Below, piece after piece: positions 46,775 through 56,729 of a stretch of DNA of 64,000 nt. The notes beneath the pieces are model-generated. The model searched no databases and was not told the origin of the DNA. It saw only the letters and a list, made by a program, of their open reading frames with translations. Positions within the stretch are counted from its first letter, which is position 1. Every line of letters starts with the position of its first letter. The position numbers and the translations under genes were made by a program. Source of the stretch: Flavobacteriales bacterium (GTDB lineage Bacteria > Bacteroidota > Bacteroidia > Flavobacteriales > BACL11); assembly GCA_014239655.1 (NCBI GenBank), contig JAAZYM010000060.1, positions 2,023 through 66,022 on the forward strand. The letters run 5' to 3'.

Positions 46775-49615
46775 CTAATTAATATTAAATAACATAGAAC
46801 AATAGGTCATTCTCCCTATATATGGTCCCCCATATACTTCGTAATGGAGATTGTTTAAAAGATTTGTTGTCCCTAATTTAACAGTTGCTCCTAGTTTAAT
46901 GAGTTCTTTACTAATTTGAATATCAACTAAATCATAAGAAGGTATATTTCCTGTAAATTGTGGGGATCCTTCATATTGATATCCTTGAATCCACTTATAG
47001 TTTATACTACAGCTAAAATCTCTTAGATAAGATTTTTCTTTATTAAAGTGGATATTCTTGACCATACATCCAAGATTGAATTTATGTTCAGGCGTATTAT
47101 ATGCCGGAATTATTGGGTCTTCTGTCCCTTTTTCATTTAATGAATTCCAGGAATAGTTACCATTTAAACTTAGGTCGCTATTAGGATAATAATTTATTCC
47201 AATAGATGCTCCTTTAGTTGTCACCCGATTTTCGGCATTTGCTGCCATTCTATAAGCTTGAATTGAAGGTAAAGAAATTAAATAGCCACTAGCACTAGAG
47301 TAAGCAAGAAATTTTGCACCTATTTTATATCCTATAAAATCAGTATATGATGAGAAATAAACATTTGCATCTAAATACACTTTCTTAGAGACAGTTGATC
47401 GGTATCCTATTTCAATAGAATTTGCTTTTTCAGGCCTTATAGGGTCTACACTAAAGAATTTAAGACTGTCTATATTTAATGCAGCTGGTTCATAGTATGC
47501 TAATAATGATTCTATCGTAACTAAGTTTTCTCCATATGCTGTTCCATGGCCATTAAGATTTCCTATTAAAATAGCTCTACCTACATCGTAGTAGAGATAT
47601 TGATCACTTAGTGTTGGGTTTCTAAGTGCAGATCCAAATGATAATCTTATTATGTCGTCATTATTTGGTTTATATACAATTGATGCAGCGGGTGATAAAT
47701 TAAGGTCAAAATTTTCATTTTTATCTGCTCTAATTGTCGTGTTAATTTTTAGAGCTTCACCAAGTAATTTTATTTCTGCACCTGCATATACCCCAAACTC
47801 ATTATTTGTTATACTACTTGCGGTGTCCATAAATATGCTTCCTTTTGAATCTGGAGAATATTGTCTGAAATTTGCACCAATCTTGAAATTTGTTTTTTCT
47901 TCTTTAAATTGATATTCAGAATGTATGTGATTTAATGCAGATTTGTCATAGAATCCGGTTCCTCCTTCTAAGTATGATATTTTTGATGTTATATCATTAA
48001 AAGCTTCTTCAAATTCTGCTGTTCCTGGAGTGAGAAAATTTTGATTAATATCAGTTAATTCTCTTGCAATATCATGAGAGGAAATTATAAAATCTGTATT
48101 ACTATTAATTACAGAATCACTTGCAGTCATCCATGTTTGTAGTTCGGGTCCAAATGATCTAATAATAGAATCATTTTCATCTAAAAAAACCCATTCGTCG
48201 AGCAACCAATTATAATCTGGAGTTTCCCATCCAACGATTCCCCAATTAAAATTTTCTCTGAAACGATTTTTATAAAAGGTGTACCAGTCTTGATTTGATG
48301 TTAGATTTAATTCTTGTAATTTAATTGCTGTTGATACCGCATCATAAGATTCTCCAGCATCTTCTTGAGATCTATAAGCCCTAATAAAGAACTTGTCTTT
48401 TTTATTTATTTCTAATCTGTTTTGAAGAAATTCTATACCATTAAGACTAAATCTATTATCTCCTTGATAAACTGTTGTTCCTGTTCCATAATTTAGACCA
48501 TAAATTAATTCTAAGTCTTCTTTAATTAGATAATGCATTGCAGTAGCAAATTTTAGGTTTCTTGTATTGTAGTCTACAAGATCACGTTCCATATATCCAG
48601 TTCTATATATTTTTCCCATTCCAGGAAAATCAAAATAATTCTGATTTATATCTCCTGTAGGATCATTTAGATTTCCATCAGTGTCTTCATCACCATATCT
48701 ATTCACAGCATCATATCCCCCTAGATTATCTGCAGGAGTTCCAGAGCCATCAACTGCAGCGAGATTATTTGCTTCCCAATCATATGCTTGCATATAAGAG
48801 AAATTAATTTTGTATCCGAATTTATTATTTCCATCCTTGTCTTTAATAATATCTGCTAATCGAAAGGAGTTTTCAAATAATCTTCTTGTCCCAAATTTAT
48901 ATTGAATTGTTAATCCAGGTTTTAAGAACGGACTACGTGTAGTCATGCTTATAACACCATTAAATGCACTGGGTCCATAATATGCTGAACTTGCTCCTTG
49001 AATAATTTCAACTTTCATTATATCTAGTTCAGATGCGCCAAGAAAATTACCTAATGAAAAATTTAAACCAGGAGCCTGATTATCAACACCATCAATAATC
49101 TGTAATGATCTAACAGGAGAAGTACTGTTAAACCCTCTAGTGTTTATCACTTTAAATCCTAAGCTGGCAGATGATATATCTACTCCCTTTAATGCACCTA
49201 ATGCATCATAAAAATTAGCTGAAGGAGTAGATTTTATTGCAATAATATCTAAAGCTTCTACAGTTAATGCTGCTTCTTTTTGTTTTTGTGTTATTCGATT
49301 GTCTACAACTCTAACTTCCTTTAATTTTTCGGTGTTTGGAAATAATTTTATTCTTAAATTGTTAGTGTTATTTACTGTAATATTCTTTTTTTCATAACCT
49401 AAATATGAAATGATTAATTCTATAGGGTGTCTTTTATTTGTGGATATTGAAAAGTCTCCATTAAAATTTGTAGATGTTCCTGTTTTTTCATCTTTAATAA
49501 TTATGTTGGCCCCAATTAAAGTTTCATTTGTTTGACCATCATAGACTGTTCCCTTTATATTGGTCTGACTAAACCCTAACTTAGTGATAAAAATTAACAG
49601 TAAAATTCTATACAT
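46775..49615 (-). CDS. TonB-dependent receptor with carboxypeptidase-regulatory-like domain
   Basis: 946 aa. Signal peptide, CarboxypepD_reg (IKGTVYDGQTNETLIGANI...GTSTNFNGDFSI), plug (GALKGVD, INTRGFN) and a long barrel. Confidence 0.85.
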   Translation of the reverse strand: MYRILLLIFITKLGFSQTNIKGTVYDGQTNETLIGANIIIKDEKTGTSTNFNGDFSISTNKRHPIELIISYLGYEKKNITVNNTNNLRIKLFPNTEKLKEVRVVDNRITQKQKEAALTVEALDIIAIKSTPSANFYDALGALKGVDISSASLGFKVINTRGFNSTSPVRSLQIIDGVDNQAPGLNFSLGNFLGASELDIMKVEIIQGASSAYYGPSAFNGVISMTTRSPFLKPGLTIQYKFGTRRLFENSFRLADIIKDKDGNNKFGYKINFSYMQAYDWEANNLAAVDGSGTPADNLGGYDAVNRYGDEDTDGNLNDPTGDINQNYFDFPGMGKIYRTGYMERDLVDYNTRNLKFATAMHYLIKEDLELIYGLNYGTGTTVYQGDNRFSLNGIEFLQNRLEINKKDKFFIRAYRSQEDAGESYDAVSTAIKLQELNLTSNQDWYTFYKNRFRENFNWGIVGWETPDYNWLLDEWVFLDENDSIIRSFGPELQTWMTASDSVINSNTDFIISSHDIARELTDINQNFLTPGTAEFEEAFNDITSKISYLEGGTGFYDKSALNHIHSEYQFKEEKTNFKIGANFRQYSPDSKGSIFMDTASSITNNEFGVYAGAEIKLLGEALKINTTIRADKNENFDLNLSPAASIVYKPNNDDIIRLSFGSALRNPTLSDQYLYYDVGRAILIGNLNGHGTAYGENLVTIESLLAYYEPAALNIDSLKFFSVDPIRPEKANSIEIGYRSTVSKKVYLDANVYFSSYTDFIGYKIGAKFLAYSSASGYLISLPSIQAYRMAANAENRVTTKGASIGINYYPNSDLSLNGNYSWNSLNEKGTEDPIIPAYNTPEHKFNLGCMVKNIHFNKEKSYLRDFSCSINYKWIQGYQYEGSPQFTGNIPSYDLVDIQISKELIKLGATVKLGTTNLLNNLHYEVYGGPYIGRMTYCSMLFNIN

Positions 49616-49658
49616 TAGAATTAATTAAATAAGTTCGCAATTTACTATTTTTAATTAT

Positions 49659-50486
49659 ATGGAATTTGCAATTATTAATAATGAGATTACACCTTCTAGC
49701 GAGGTTAGACTTTCTATAACAAATAGAGCATTTCTATATGGAGATGGTTTCTTTGAAACGATTAAGATATTTAGCTCTAAAGCATTTAATCTTGTAAATC
49801 ATTACAATAGAATTATTAATTCAGCTAAAATACTTGATTTAGATTTTAATCTATCAGTTTCTGAATTGGAGAAGAATGCAAATGCAATTATTAGAAAGAA
49901 TAACATTGTTGATGGTTCTGTTAGAATTACAATCTTTAGAGACTCAGATGGTAAATATTTCCCTAATGATAATAAATCTTCATATTGTATTTATACATAT
50001 AATGACACACAGACTTGTTTTGTACTAAATAGTAATCCATTGTTGTTAGGTGTCTATGAAGACAATTATAAGTCTGTTTCGGCTCTCTCAAGTATTAAGT
50101 CTTTAAACTCATTATTATATGTTATGGCGTCTAAATATGCTAAAAAGAACAATTTTGATGATGTGTTATTATTAAATTCAAATAAAAATATAATTGAAAG
50201 CACAAATTCTAATGTTTTTTTATGTTATGGCGATGTTATTTATACACCACCCATATCTGATGGTTGTGTAGATGGATCTATGAGAAAATTAATCATTACT
50301 CTTTTAAAAGATAAATTTACTTTTTTAACAAAGACAATTACATACAGTGATATTATAGAATGTGAAGAGTTGTTGCTTTCTAATGCTATCTCAGGAGTTA
50401 GATGGGTTGGTTCATTTGGAGAAAAGGAGTTTGTCAAAAAAGACATGTCTTCTTATCTTATTAATGAGTTAAATAAGTTAATTTAA
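49659..50486 (+). CDS. Class IV PLP-dependent enzyme (aminodeoxychorismate lyase / branched-chain aminotransferase fold)
   Basis: 275 aa. Contains RAFLYGDGFFET and a candidate catalytic Lys in SIKSLNSL (compare the PabC G-I-K-H-L-N-R-L pattern). Confidence 0.7.
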   Translation: MEFAIINNEITPSSEVRLSITNRAFLYGDGFFETIKIFSSKAFNLVNHYNRIINSAKILDLDFNLSVSELEKNANAIIRKNNIVDGSVRITIFRDSDGKYFPNDNKSSYCIYTYNDTQTCFVLNSNPLLLGVYEDNYKSVSALSSIKSLNSLLYVMASKYAKKNNFDDVLLLNSNKNIIESTNSNVFLCYGDVIYTPPISDGCVDGSMRKLIITLLKDKFTFLTKTITYSDIIECEELLLSNAISGVRWVGSFGEKEFVKKDMSSYLINELNKLI

Positions 50487-51029
50487 ACTTGGATTCTTGG
50501 GTAGGTTTGACCAGATAGCAAATTTCTTATCCATTTCTCTAAGAATTTGACTCCATTTCTCTTGATTAGAATACTGCATAGACAGCTCTTTATTTCCTTT
50601 TCTGATTATCCAGCTATTTTCTTTTATTTCATCTGCTAGCTGATTAGCTTCCCATCCTGAGTATCCAGCAAAAAACCGTATATTTTCTTTTTTTGCTTCA
50701 CCGTTAGATATTAATTCTTTCACATTTTGGAAATCACCTCCAAAAAATAATTCGTTGTAGATCTTAATTGATCCTGGTATTTTTTTTCCAAGAGTGTGGA
50801 TGTAGTGAATGGAGTTTTTTGCAACGGGACCACCAATATATACTGGGAAATTAGAGAGAGGAATATCATCTATTATCTCATGTAATTTAATTTTAGATGG
50901 ATTATTTATTACTAAACCAATTGTTTCTTCATAATTATGATGAGTAACTAGTATTATGCTTTTAAAGAATGTTTTGTCAAGCATTGTAGGATGAGCAATT
51001 AACAAGCTTCCATTTTCGATATTTTGCAT
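50478..51029 (-). CDS. YqgE/AlgH family protein (UPF0301)
   Basis: 183 aa. Contains G.LLIAHP.....F..SIILV..H..E...GLVINNP and FAGYSGW...QL..EI, typical of the family. Confidence 0.8.
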   Translation of the reverse strand: MQNIENGSLLIAHPTMLDKTFFKSIILVTHHNYEETIGLVINNPSKIKLHEIIDDIPLSNFPVYIGGPVAKNSIHYIHTLGKKIPGSIKIYNELFFGGDFQNVKELISNGEAKKENIRFFAGYSGWEANQLADEIKENSWIIRKGNKELSMQYSNQEKWSQILREMDKKFAIWSNLPKNPSLN

Positions 51030-51079
51030 AAATAAGAATATATTTGTTTAAAATAATTATGCTAATTTAAAATTTGTAC

Positions 51080-51733
51080 ATGTCTAATCCAAACAAGAAC
51101 CTTAAAAAAAATAGAGTTGATTTTAATAAAAACGAAAGTATTAATTATAATCATATTTCAGATTCTCCTTATGATCTTTTTAATTCTTGGCTAGAAGAAG
51201 CTTTTTTAGTTGATAAAGACAATGCAAATGCTTTTGTACTGTCAACTGTTTCAAAAGATTCCCTTCCTTCATCAAGAGTTGTTCTGCTTAGAGGGTTAAG
51301 TAATGATGGGTTAATATTTTTTACAAATTATAATAGTCATAAATCATTAGAGCTTTCAAATAACAATAATGTTTCTGTTAATTTTTTTTGGCCTGAATTA
51401 GAAAAACAAGTAAGAATTAAAGGAGCAGTTTGTAAGATTTCAGATCAAGAATCTGATGATTATTTTGATAGTAGACCTGTTGATAGTCAGTTAGGTGCAA
51501 TTCTAAGTAATCAGTCAGAAGATATTCCTCTAGGTTATGATCTTTCAGAAAAACTTGTAAGATTAAGATCCGATCTTAATAATAGAAAAATTGATAGACC
51601 AGAATATTGGGGTGGATACTTGATTAAAGCGAATTACTTTGAGTTTTGGCAGGGCAGGCCTTCTAGATTACATGATAGGTTATGTTATACCTTTATTAAT
51701 GGTCTATGGAAAAAATCAAGAAAGTCTCCATAG
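51080..51733 (+). CDS. pdxH: Pyridoxamine 5'-phosphate oxidase
   Basis: Contains SRVVLLRG, FFTNY.S.K, QVRI.G, WGGY and EFWQGR.SRLHDR motifs. The start is set at the ATG at 51080. Confidence 0.88.
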   Translation: MSNPNKNLKKNRVDFNKNESINYNHISDSPYDLFNSWLEEAFLVDKDNANAFVLSTVSKDSLPSSRVVLLRGLSNDGLIFFTNYNSHKSLELSNNNNVSVNFFWPELEKQVRIKGAVCKISDQESDDYFDSRPVDSQLGAILSNQSEDIPLGYDLSEKLVRLRSDLNNRKIDRPEYWGGYLIKANYFEFWQGRPSRLHDRLCYTFINGLWKKSRKSP

Positions 51734-51735
51734 TA

Positions 51736-52695
51736 TTAGCTTATCTTATCAGAAGAGTTAATTCTGTTGCCTTGTAGGAATTGTTTGATTAACATAGGTT
51801 TCTTTCCTTCTATCTGTATCATCTCCAATGCAAGCGCTTTATTTTTAAAATTAATATGTAGATAATTTTTGTTGTCAGTGTCGATACGAGAATCATTATT
51901 AATTACCTCACAAATTGATGTTTTTTGGATTTTGACTCTTTTATTATTTAATTTAAACCATGCGCAAGGACATATTGAGACATCTTTGAGTAATTCATTG
52001 TCATCTAAATATGGGGAAAGACCTCTAATTTTATTGTGAATTTTGTTTATAGGTTCATTCCAATTGATTCTGAGTAATTCTTTGTGGATCTTTGGAGCAT
52101 TTTTTAAATCTTTATTTTCTGATTGAATAATTGTATTTATTTTTTCTTCTGTAATTTGTTTAATGGTCTCAGAAACTATCTCTATTCCATCAATTATCAT
52201 TTGATTATGTAATTGAGCAGCTGTTATATTCTGATCTAAATTTATCTTTTTTTGTGTAATTATATTGCCTTGATCTATTATTTCATTTATATAAAAGCAT
52301 GTTACTCCAGTTGTTTTTTCTCCATTAATTAATACCCAATTTATTGGGCCTGCACCCCTGTATTCTGGCAGTAAAGAGGTGTGTAGATTAATTGTTCCTT
52401 TTTTAGGAATTTCCCAAACTTCTTTAGGGAGTTTTCGAAATGCTATTACTAAAAAGACATCCGCATTGAAATTCTGTAGGCTCTTGATAAATATTTGGTC
52501 TTTTAGATTTTTAGGTTGTAATACTGGAACACCTAATTCTATTCCTGTTTTTTTGATATCTGGGAATTGAATTTTTTTTCCTCTACCTTGTTTACTGTCT
52601 TCTCCAGTAACAACACATAAGATATCGTTGTTTTTCGATATTTCTTTTAGTATCTGACTTGAAAAATTTGGTGTACCAAAGAATATTATCTTCAT
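51736..52695 (-). CDS. fmt: Methionyl-tRNA formyltransferase
   Basis: Contains MKIIFFGTP.FS, the formyltransferase core NLHTSLLPEYRGAGPINW, and a C-terminal Fmt domain. Confidence 0.9.
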   Translation of the reverse strand: MKIIFFGTPNFSSQILKEISKNNDILCVVTGEDSKQGRGKKIQFPDIKKTGIELGVPVLQPKNLKDQIFIKSLQNFNADVFLVIAFRKLPKEVWEIPKKGTINLHTSLLPEYRGAGPINWVLINGEKTTGVTCFYINEIIDQGNIITQKKINLDQNITAAQLHNQMIIDGIEIVSETIKQITEEKINTIIQSENKDLKNAPKIHKELLRINWNEPINKIHNKIRGLSPYLDDNELLKDVSICPCAWFKLNNKRVKIQKTSICEVINNDSRIDTDNKNYLHINFKNKALALEMIQIEGKKPMLIKQFLQGNRINSSDKIS

Positions 52696-52733
52696 ATAAT
52701 TATTTAAGTTGTAAAATTACAATTAAGAATTAT

Positions 52734-54638
52734 CTATTTTTTGTTAATTATATATTTATTTCCAAATTTATGAATGATATCATTGTCAAAAAGATAATTT
52801 AAGATATCTTCAATTTCTTTATTATCTGTGTCTTTAATTAGACTTGATATTTGATCAAAATCACATTCTCGTTCTTCTAGTATTTTTATGATTTTTTGTG
52901 ATGTTTCTTTGTATTGTTCTTGTTGTATTCTGTTTTTATTCTTTTTTATGCAATAATCACAAACATTACATCTTTCATCTTTGTTTTCATCAAAATAATC
53001 TAGAAGCATTTTACTTCTGCATATTTGATCTTCTTGTATATATTTGATTGTTTTTTCTAGTTTTTCTTGTGCATTTTTTCTTTCTAATATTATTTTTTTT
53101 TCTGCAATATTTAGTTTCTCAGCATCTTGTCTTTCTTGTATAAATCTAAGTTGAAGTCCATTCTTGTTTTTACGATAGCTAATCACACCATTCTCTTCTA
53201 GTTTTACGAGTGTTTTTCTTATAGACTGACTATCTGTTTGTATTTTTTTTGCGAGGGATTCTTCATTGATATTAACATAGTTGCCAAAAACATTACTATG
53301 TCCCCGTAAGAGTGATTTAATGATATGGTCGTAATGACTATTAGCTATTTGGTATTTATACAATTCAGAGTTGCTCAGTAATATTTTCACTTTTGAAGAT
53401 TTGTTTTCTGTATCATGTAGTTTGATTAACTCTTCATTTTCTAGATAGTTTATGATATTATATGTTCTTCTGATATCTAGTTTATATCTAGTGCAGAATT
53501 CTTTTATGTTAAATTCAAAATCATCATCAGGTAGCGTATGAACAGGAATCTGTAGGAAATCACATATTTTTTGATATATTTTTTTTATTTGCTCAATCTT
53601 AGGAAATCTTTCTTGAATCTTCTGATGGTTCTCATTTATATCATTTTTGTTATAAAGTATAAAAGAATATGCTGTTTTGCCATCTCTTCCAGCTCTTCCA
53701 GATTCTTGAAAGTAAGATTCAATATTCATAGGTATATGCATATGAATAATTAGTCTCACATCAGTTTTGTTAATTCCTAGTCCAAATGCATTGGTCGCTA
53801 CAATTACTCTTATAGAGTTATTAAACCATTCTTCTTGTGTTTTTTTTCTTTTAATAATATCAATTCCAGCATGATATGAGCTAGCAGATATTGAGTGCTT
53901 ATTAAGTAATGAACATATTTGATTGCTTTCTTTTCTTGAGTTAACATAAACAATAACAGAGCTTTTAATTCTATTAAGTAATCTCAATAGTGTTTTTTCT
54001 TTTTCGTTTCCCTTGACAACTACATATGACAGGTTCTTTCTAAAGAAACTAGATTTAATTAAATTTTTTTCTTTAAAATTTAGATTTTCTTGAATATCAT
54101 TAATAACATTTTGATTTGCTGTTGCAGTTAAAGCTAATACTGGGACATCTTTTTTTATCTCTCTTAACTTATCTATTAATCTGTAGGATGGTCTAAAATT
54201 ATGTCCCCATTCTGATATACAATGCGCCTCATCAATTGCTATTAGATTAACATTCATCTCATTAATCTTATCTCTAATTATAGTGTCTCTTAGTTTTTCT
54301 GGAGATAGATATAAGAATTTAAATCCTCCATATATACAGTTTGTAAGAGCAGTATCTATTTGGTTTTTACTCATCATTGAAGAGATTGAGATTGATTTTA
54401 TTCCTTTGCTTTTTAGATGTTTTGTTTGGTCTTCAATTAGTGATAATAGAGGCGATACTACGATACATATTCCTTCTCTTAATATTGCCGGTACTTGATA
54501 GCAAACTGATTTGCCTCCTCCAGTAGGAAGTAAGGCGAGGGTGTCTTTCTTATTAATAATTGAATTTATTACTTCTTCTTGTTTTAATCTAAAAGAATTA
54601 TGCCCCCAATATTTCTTGAGAATATCAATTGCTTGCAT
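52734..54638 (-). CDS. recQ: ATP-dependent DNA helicase RecQ
   Basis: Contains LKKYWGH..FR..Q, Walker A PTGGGKS, DEAH box (IDEAHCISEWGHNFRPSY), TATA, the arginine finger QESGRAGRDG, and a C-terminal Zn/winged-helix region with a Cys cluster. Confidence 0.9.
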   Translation of the reverse strand: MQAIDILKKYWGHNSFRLKQEEVINSIINKKDTLALLPTGGGKSVCYQVPAILREGICIVVSPLLSLIEDQTKHLKSKGIKSISISSMMSKNQIDTALTNCIYGGFKFLYLSPEKLRDTIIRDKINEMNVNLIAIDEAHCISEWGHNFRPSYRLIDKLREIKKDVPVLALTATANQNVINDIQENLNFKEKNLIKSSFFRKNLSYVVVKGNEKEKTLLRLLNRIKSSVIVYVNSRKESNQICSLLNKHSISASSYHAGIDIIKRKKTQEEWFNNSIRVIVATNAFGLGINKTDVRLIIHMHIPMNIESYFQESGRAGRDGKTAYSFILYNKNDINENHQKIQERFPKIEQIKKIYQKICDFLQIPVHTLPDDDFEFNIKEFCTRYKLDIRRTYNIINYLENEELIKLHDTENKSSKVKILLSNSELYKYQIANSHYDHIIKSLLRGHSNVFGNYVNINEESLAKKIQTDSQSIRKTLVKLEENGVISYRKNKNGLQLRFIQERQDAEKLNIAEKKIILERKNAQEKLEKTIKYIQEDQICRSKMLLDYFDENKDERCNVCDYCIKKNKNRIQQEQYKETSQKIIKILEERECDFDQISSLIKDTDNKEIEDILNYLFDNDIIHKFGNKYIINKK

Positions 54639-54699
54639 AGTATACGAATATAAGTATAATAAATAATACCTATAATTATTGTATAAAGTCTAGTGAAAT

Positions 54700-55647
54700 T
54701 TATTCTTGTGAGGCAAGAAATCTTTCTGCATCTAATGCAGCCATACAGCCTGTTCCAGCAGATGTAACTGCTTGTCTATAGACATGGTCAGCAACATCTC
54801 CAGCAGCAAATACTCCAGGGATTTTAGTTTTTGATGTTCCAGGTTCAATAATTAAATATCCATTTTCATCCATATCTAATTGATCTTTAAATAAACTTGT
54901 ATTTGGAGTATGGCCTATTGCAACAAAAAACCCTTTAGCAGGTATTATTTTTTCTTCTCCTGTAATATTATTGATTGCTGTAACGCCTTCAACACCTATT
55001 TCACCAGGTTCACCATTAATGCTTTTTGTTTCATGATTAAAAAGTACTTCTAGATTATTTGTGTTGAATACTCTTTTTTGCATTGCTTTAGATGCTCTCA
55101 TTTTATCTCGTCTAACTAACAATGTTACTTTAGTACAAAGTTTTGCAAGGTATGTAGCTTCTTCGGCTGCAGTATCACCACCTCCAACAACAACAACATC
55201 CATTCCTTTGTAGAAAAAACCATCGCATGTGGCACATGCAGATACTCCATACCCATTTAATCTTTTTTCATCTTCTATTCCTAGCCATTTTGCAGATGCT
55301 CCAGTTGCAATTATAATAGTTTCAGCAAGAACATTCTTTTTTTCATCAATCTCTACTTTAAATGGCCGTTCATTTAAGTCTACTTTCGTAACCATTCCCC
55401 ATCTTGTGTCAGTATCAAATCTTTCAGCTTGAGCTTTAAAATCTTCCATCATTTTAGTTCCATCAACACCATTAGGATAGCCTGGATAGTTATCTACTTC
55501 TGTTGTTGTAGTAAGTTGTCCACCTGGTTGTAACCCTTGTATTACTACTGGTTTTAAGTCAGCTCTTGCTGCATAGATGGCTGCTGTATATCCAGCTGGG
55601 CCTGAGCCAATAATTAATGTTTCAATTTTTTCAACTTCTTCTGTCAT
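54700..55647 (-). CDS. trxB: Thioredoxin-disulfide reductase
   Basis: FAD motif IIGSGPAGYTAAIYAAR, redox centre CATCDG, NADPH motif VVGGGDTAAEEA, and the C-terminal GVFAAGDV. Confidence 0.92.
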   Translation of the reverse strand: MTEEVEKIETLIIGSGPAGYTAAIYAARADLKPVVIQGLQPGGQLTTTTEVDNYPGYPNGVDGTKMMEDFKAQAERFDTDTRWGMVTKVDLNERPFKVEIDEKKNVLAETIIIATGASAKWLGIEDEKRLNGYGVSACATCDGFFYKGMDVVVVGGGDTAAEEATYLAKLCTKVTLLVRRDKMRASKAMQKRVFNTNNLEVLFNHETKSINGEPGEIGVEGVTAINNITGEEKIIPAKGFFVAIGHTPNTSLFKDQLDMDENGYLIIEPGTSKTKIPGVFAAGDVADHVYRQAVTSAGTGCMAALDAERFLASQE

Positions 55648-55674
55648 ATTATATTTAATTAGATAGCTAATTTA

Positions 55675-56727
55675 TTAAAAAACATCTGTTATTTCAATTG
55701 AATCAAGAGGTAATGGTGAATTACTCCAAGAACCATCAATTATAGGTATTTTGTAGTATACAGCTCCATAACCTGTCCATCCGCCATACCCTCCATTAAT
55801 ATTACTAACAATATTTAAAGGTTCTTGGAAAGGATTTCCACTTGAACCAAATTGTCTTACAATACTTCTCCAAAATCTTAATGAAGACTCATCAATTTGA
55901 CAGAATTTTATTAATGCGACATCATGAGGTACTTCTATACTGTCAAGGGTTCCGTCATTGTCAAAGGTTTTCCATCTACTACCTCTCCATGGTTGTGTAG
56001 CAATGGAAGAGTTTTTTCCTTTTCTTGGGAAATATGTTTCAAATCGTTCGCCGTTAATAAGAACATCAGATCCTGCGTCAATTAAGTCAAGTATAAGGTC
56101 GTGCTTGGGTTTAACTTGCGGATTTTGTTGTAATGAATCAACCCCCCAATGTTCTATTCTTCTGTTTTTAATTAATATATTGTTCTGTTCATCGATAGGA
56201 TCATTATAGATTGCTCGTACATCAAATTTATCATCTTCATTTGCAAATTCATTTTTTTCTATCCATAAACAATCTAATGGGGTTGGATTTGGTATAGTAG
56301 TCTGGCTAGTAACCTCTTTATTATTCCATTTTACTATTAGATTATATGTCCTATTTGGTTTGCTCCAGTTTTTAAAGAAAGGATCTTCCATCGCATAAGG
56401 AGGATTTTGTAAGCTGTACCAATAAGGAAGATAAGTGTAAATAGGAAATGGATACTCAGGTATTTTTTCTAGAAAAATCGAGTCATTTGTACCATCTTCT
56501 AAAGTTGTCCAAACTATTATTTCAGCATCTGTAACAAATAAGTTATTATAGGTGTTAGTGTCAATCTCATCAAAATAACCTTGGTTTTTAGTTAATACAA
56601 CATAGGGAGGCATTCCTTGTTCAATACCTCCTTCAATAACTAGTTTTTGAGATTCGATAGGGAGATCTAATGAAATTTCTTCTTGGCATGATAAGAGGCA
56701 TAAAAAAATTAAAAGATATTTTTTCAT
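55675..56727 (-). CDS. Lipoprotein, DUF4249-like partner of the upstream TonB-dependent receptor
   Basis: Lipoprotein signal (LIFLCLLSC). 350 aa, starting 2 nt after the receptor stop. The family call is from context and size. Confidence 0.55.
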   Translation of the reverse strand: MKKYLLIFLCLLSCQEEISLDLPIESQKLVIEGGIEQGMPPYVVLTKNQGYFDEIDTNTYNNLFVTDAEIIVWTTLEDGTNDSIFLEKIPEYPFPIYTYLPYWYSLQNPPYAMEDPFFKNWSKPNRTYNLIVKWNNKEVTSQTTIPNPTPLDCLWIEKNEFANEDDKFDVRAIYNDPIDEQNNILIKNRRIEHWGVDSLQQNPQVKPKHDLILDLIDAGSDVLINGERFETYFPRKGKNSSIATQPWRGSRWKTFDNDGTLDSIEVPHDVALIKFCQIDESSLRFWRSIVRQFGSSGNPFQEPLNIVSNINGGYGGWTGYGAVYYKIPIIDGSWSNSPLPLDSIEITDVF

Positions 56728-56729
56728 AG

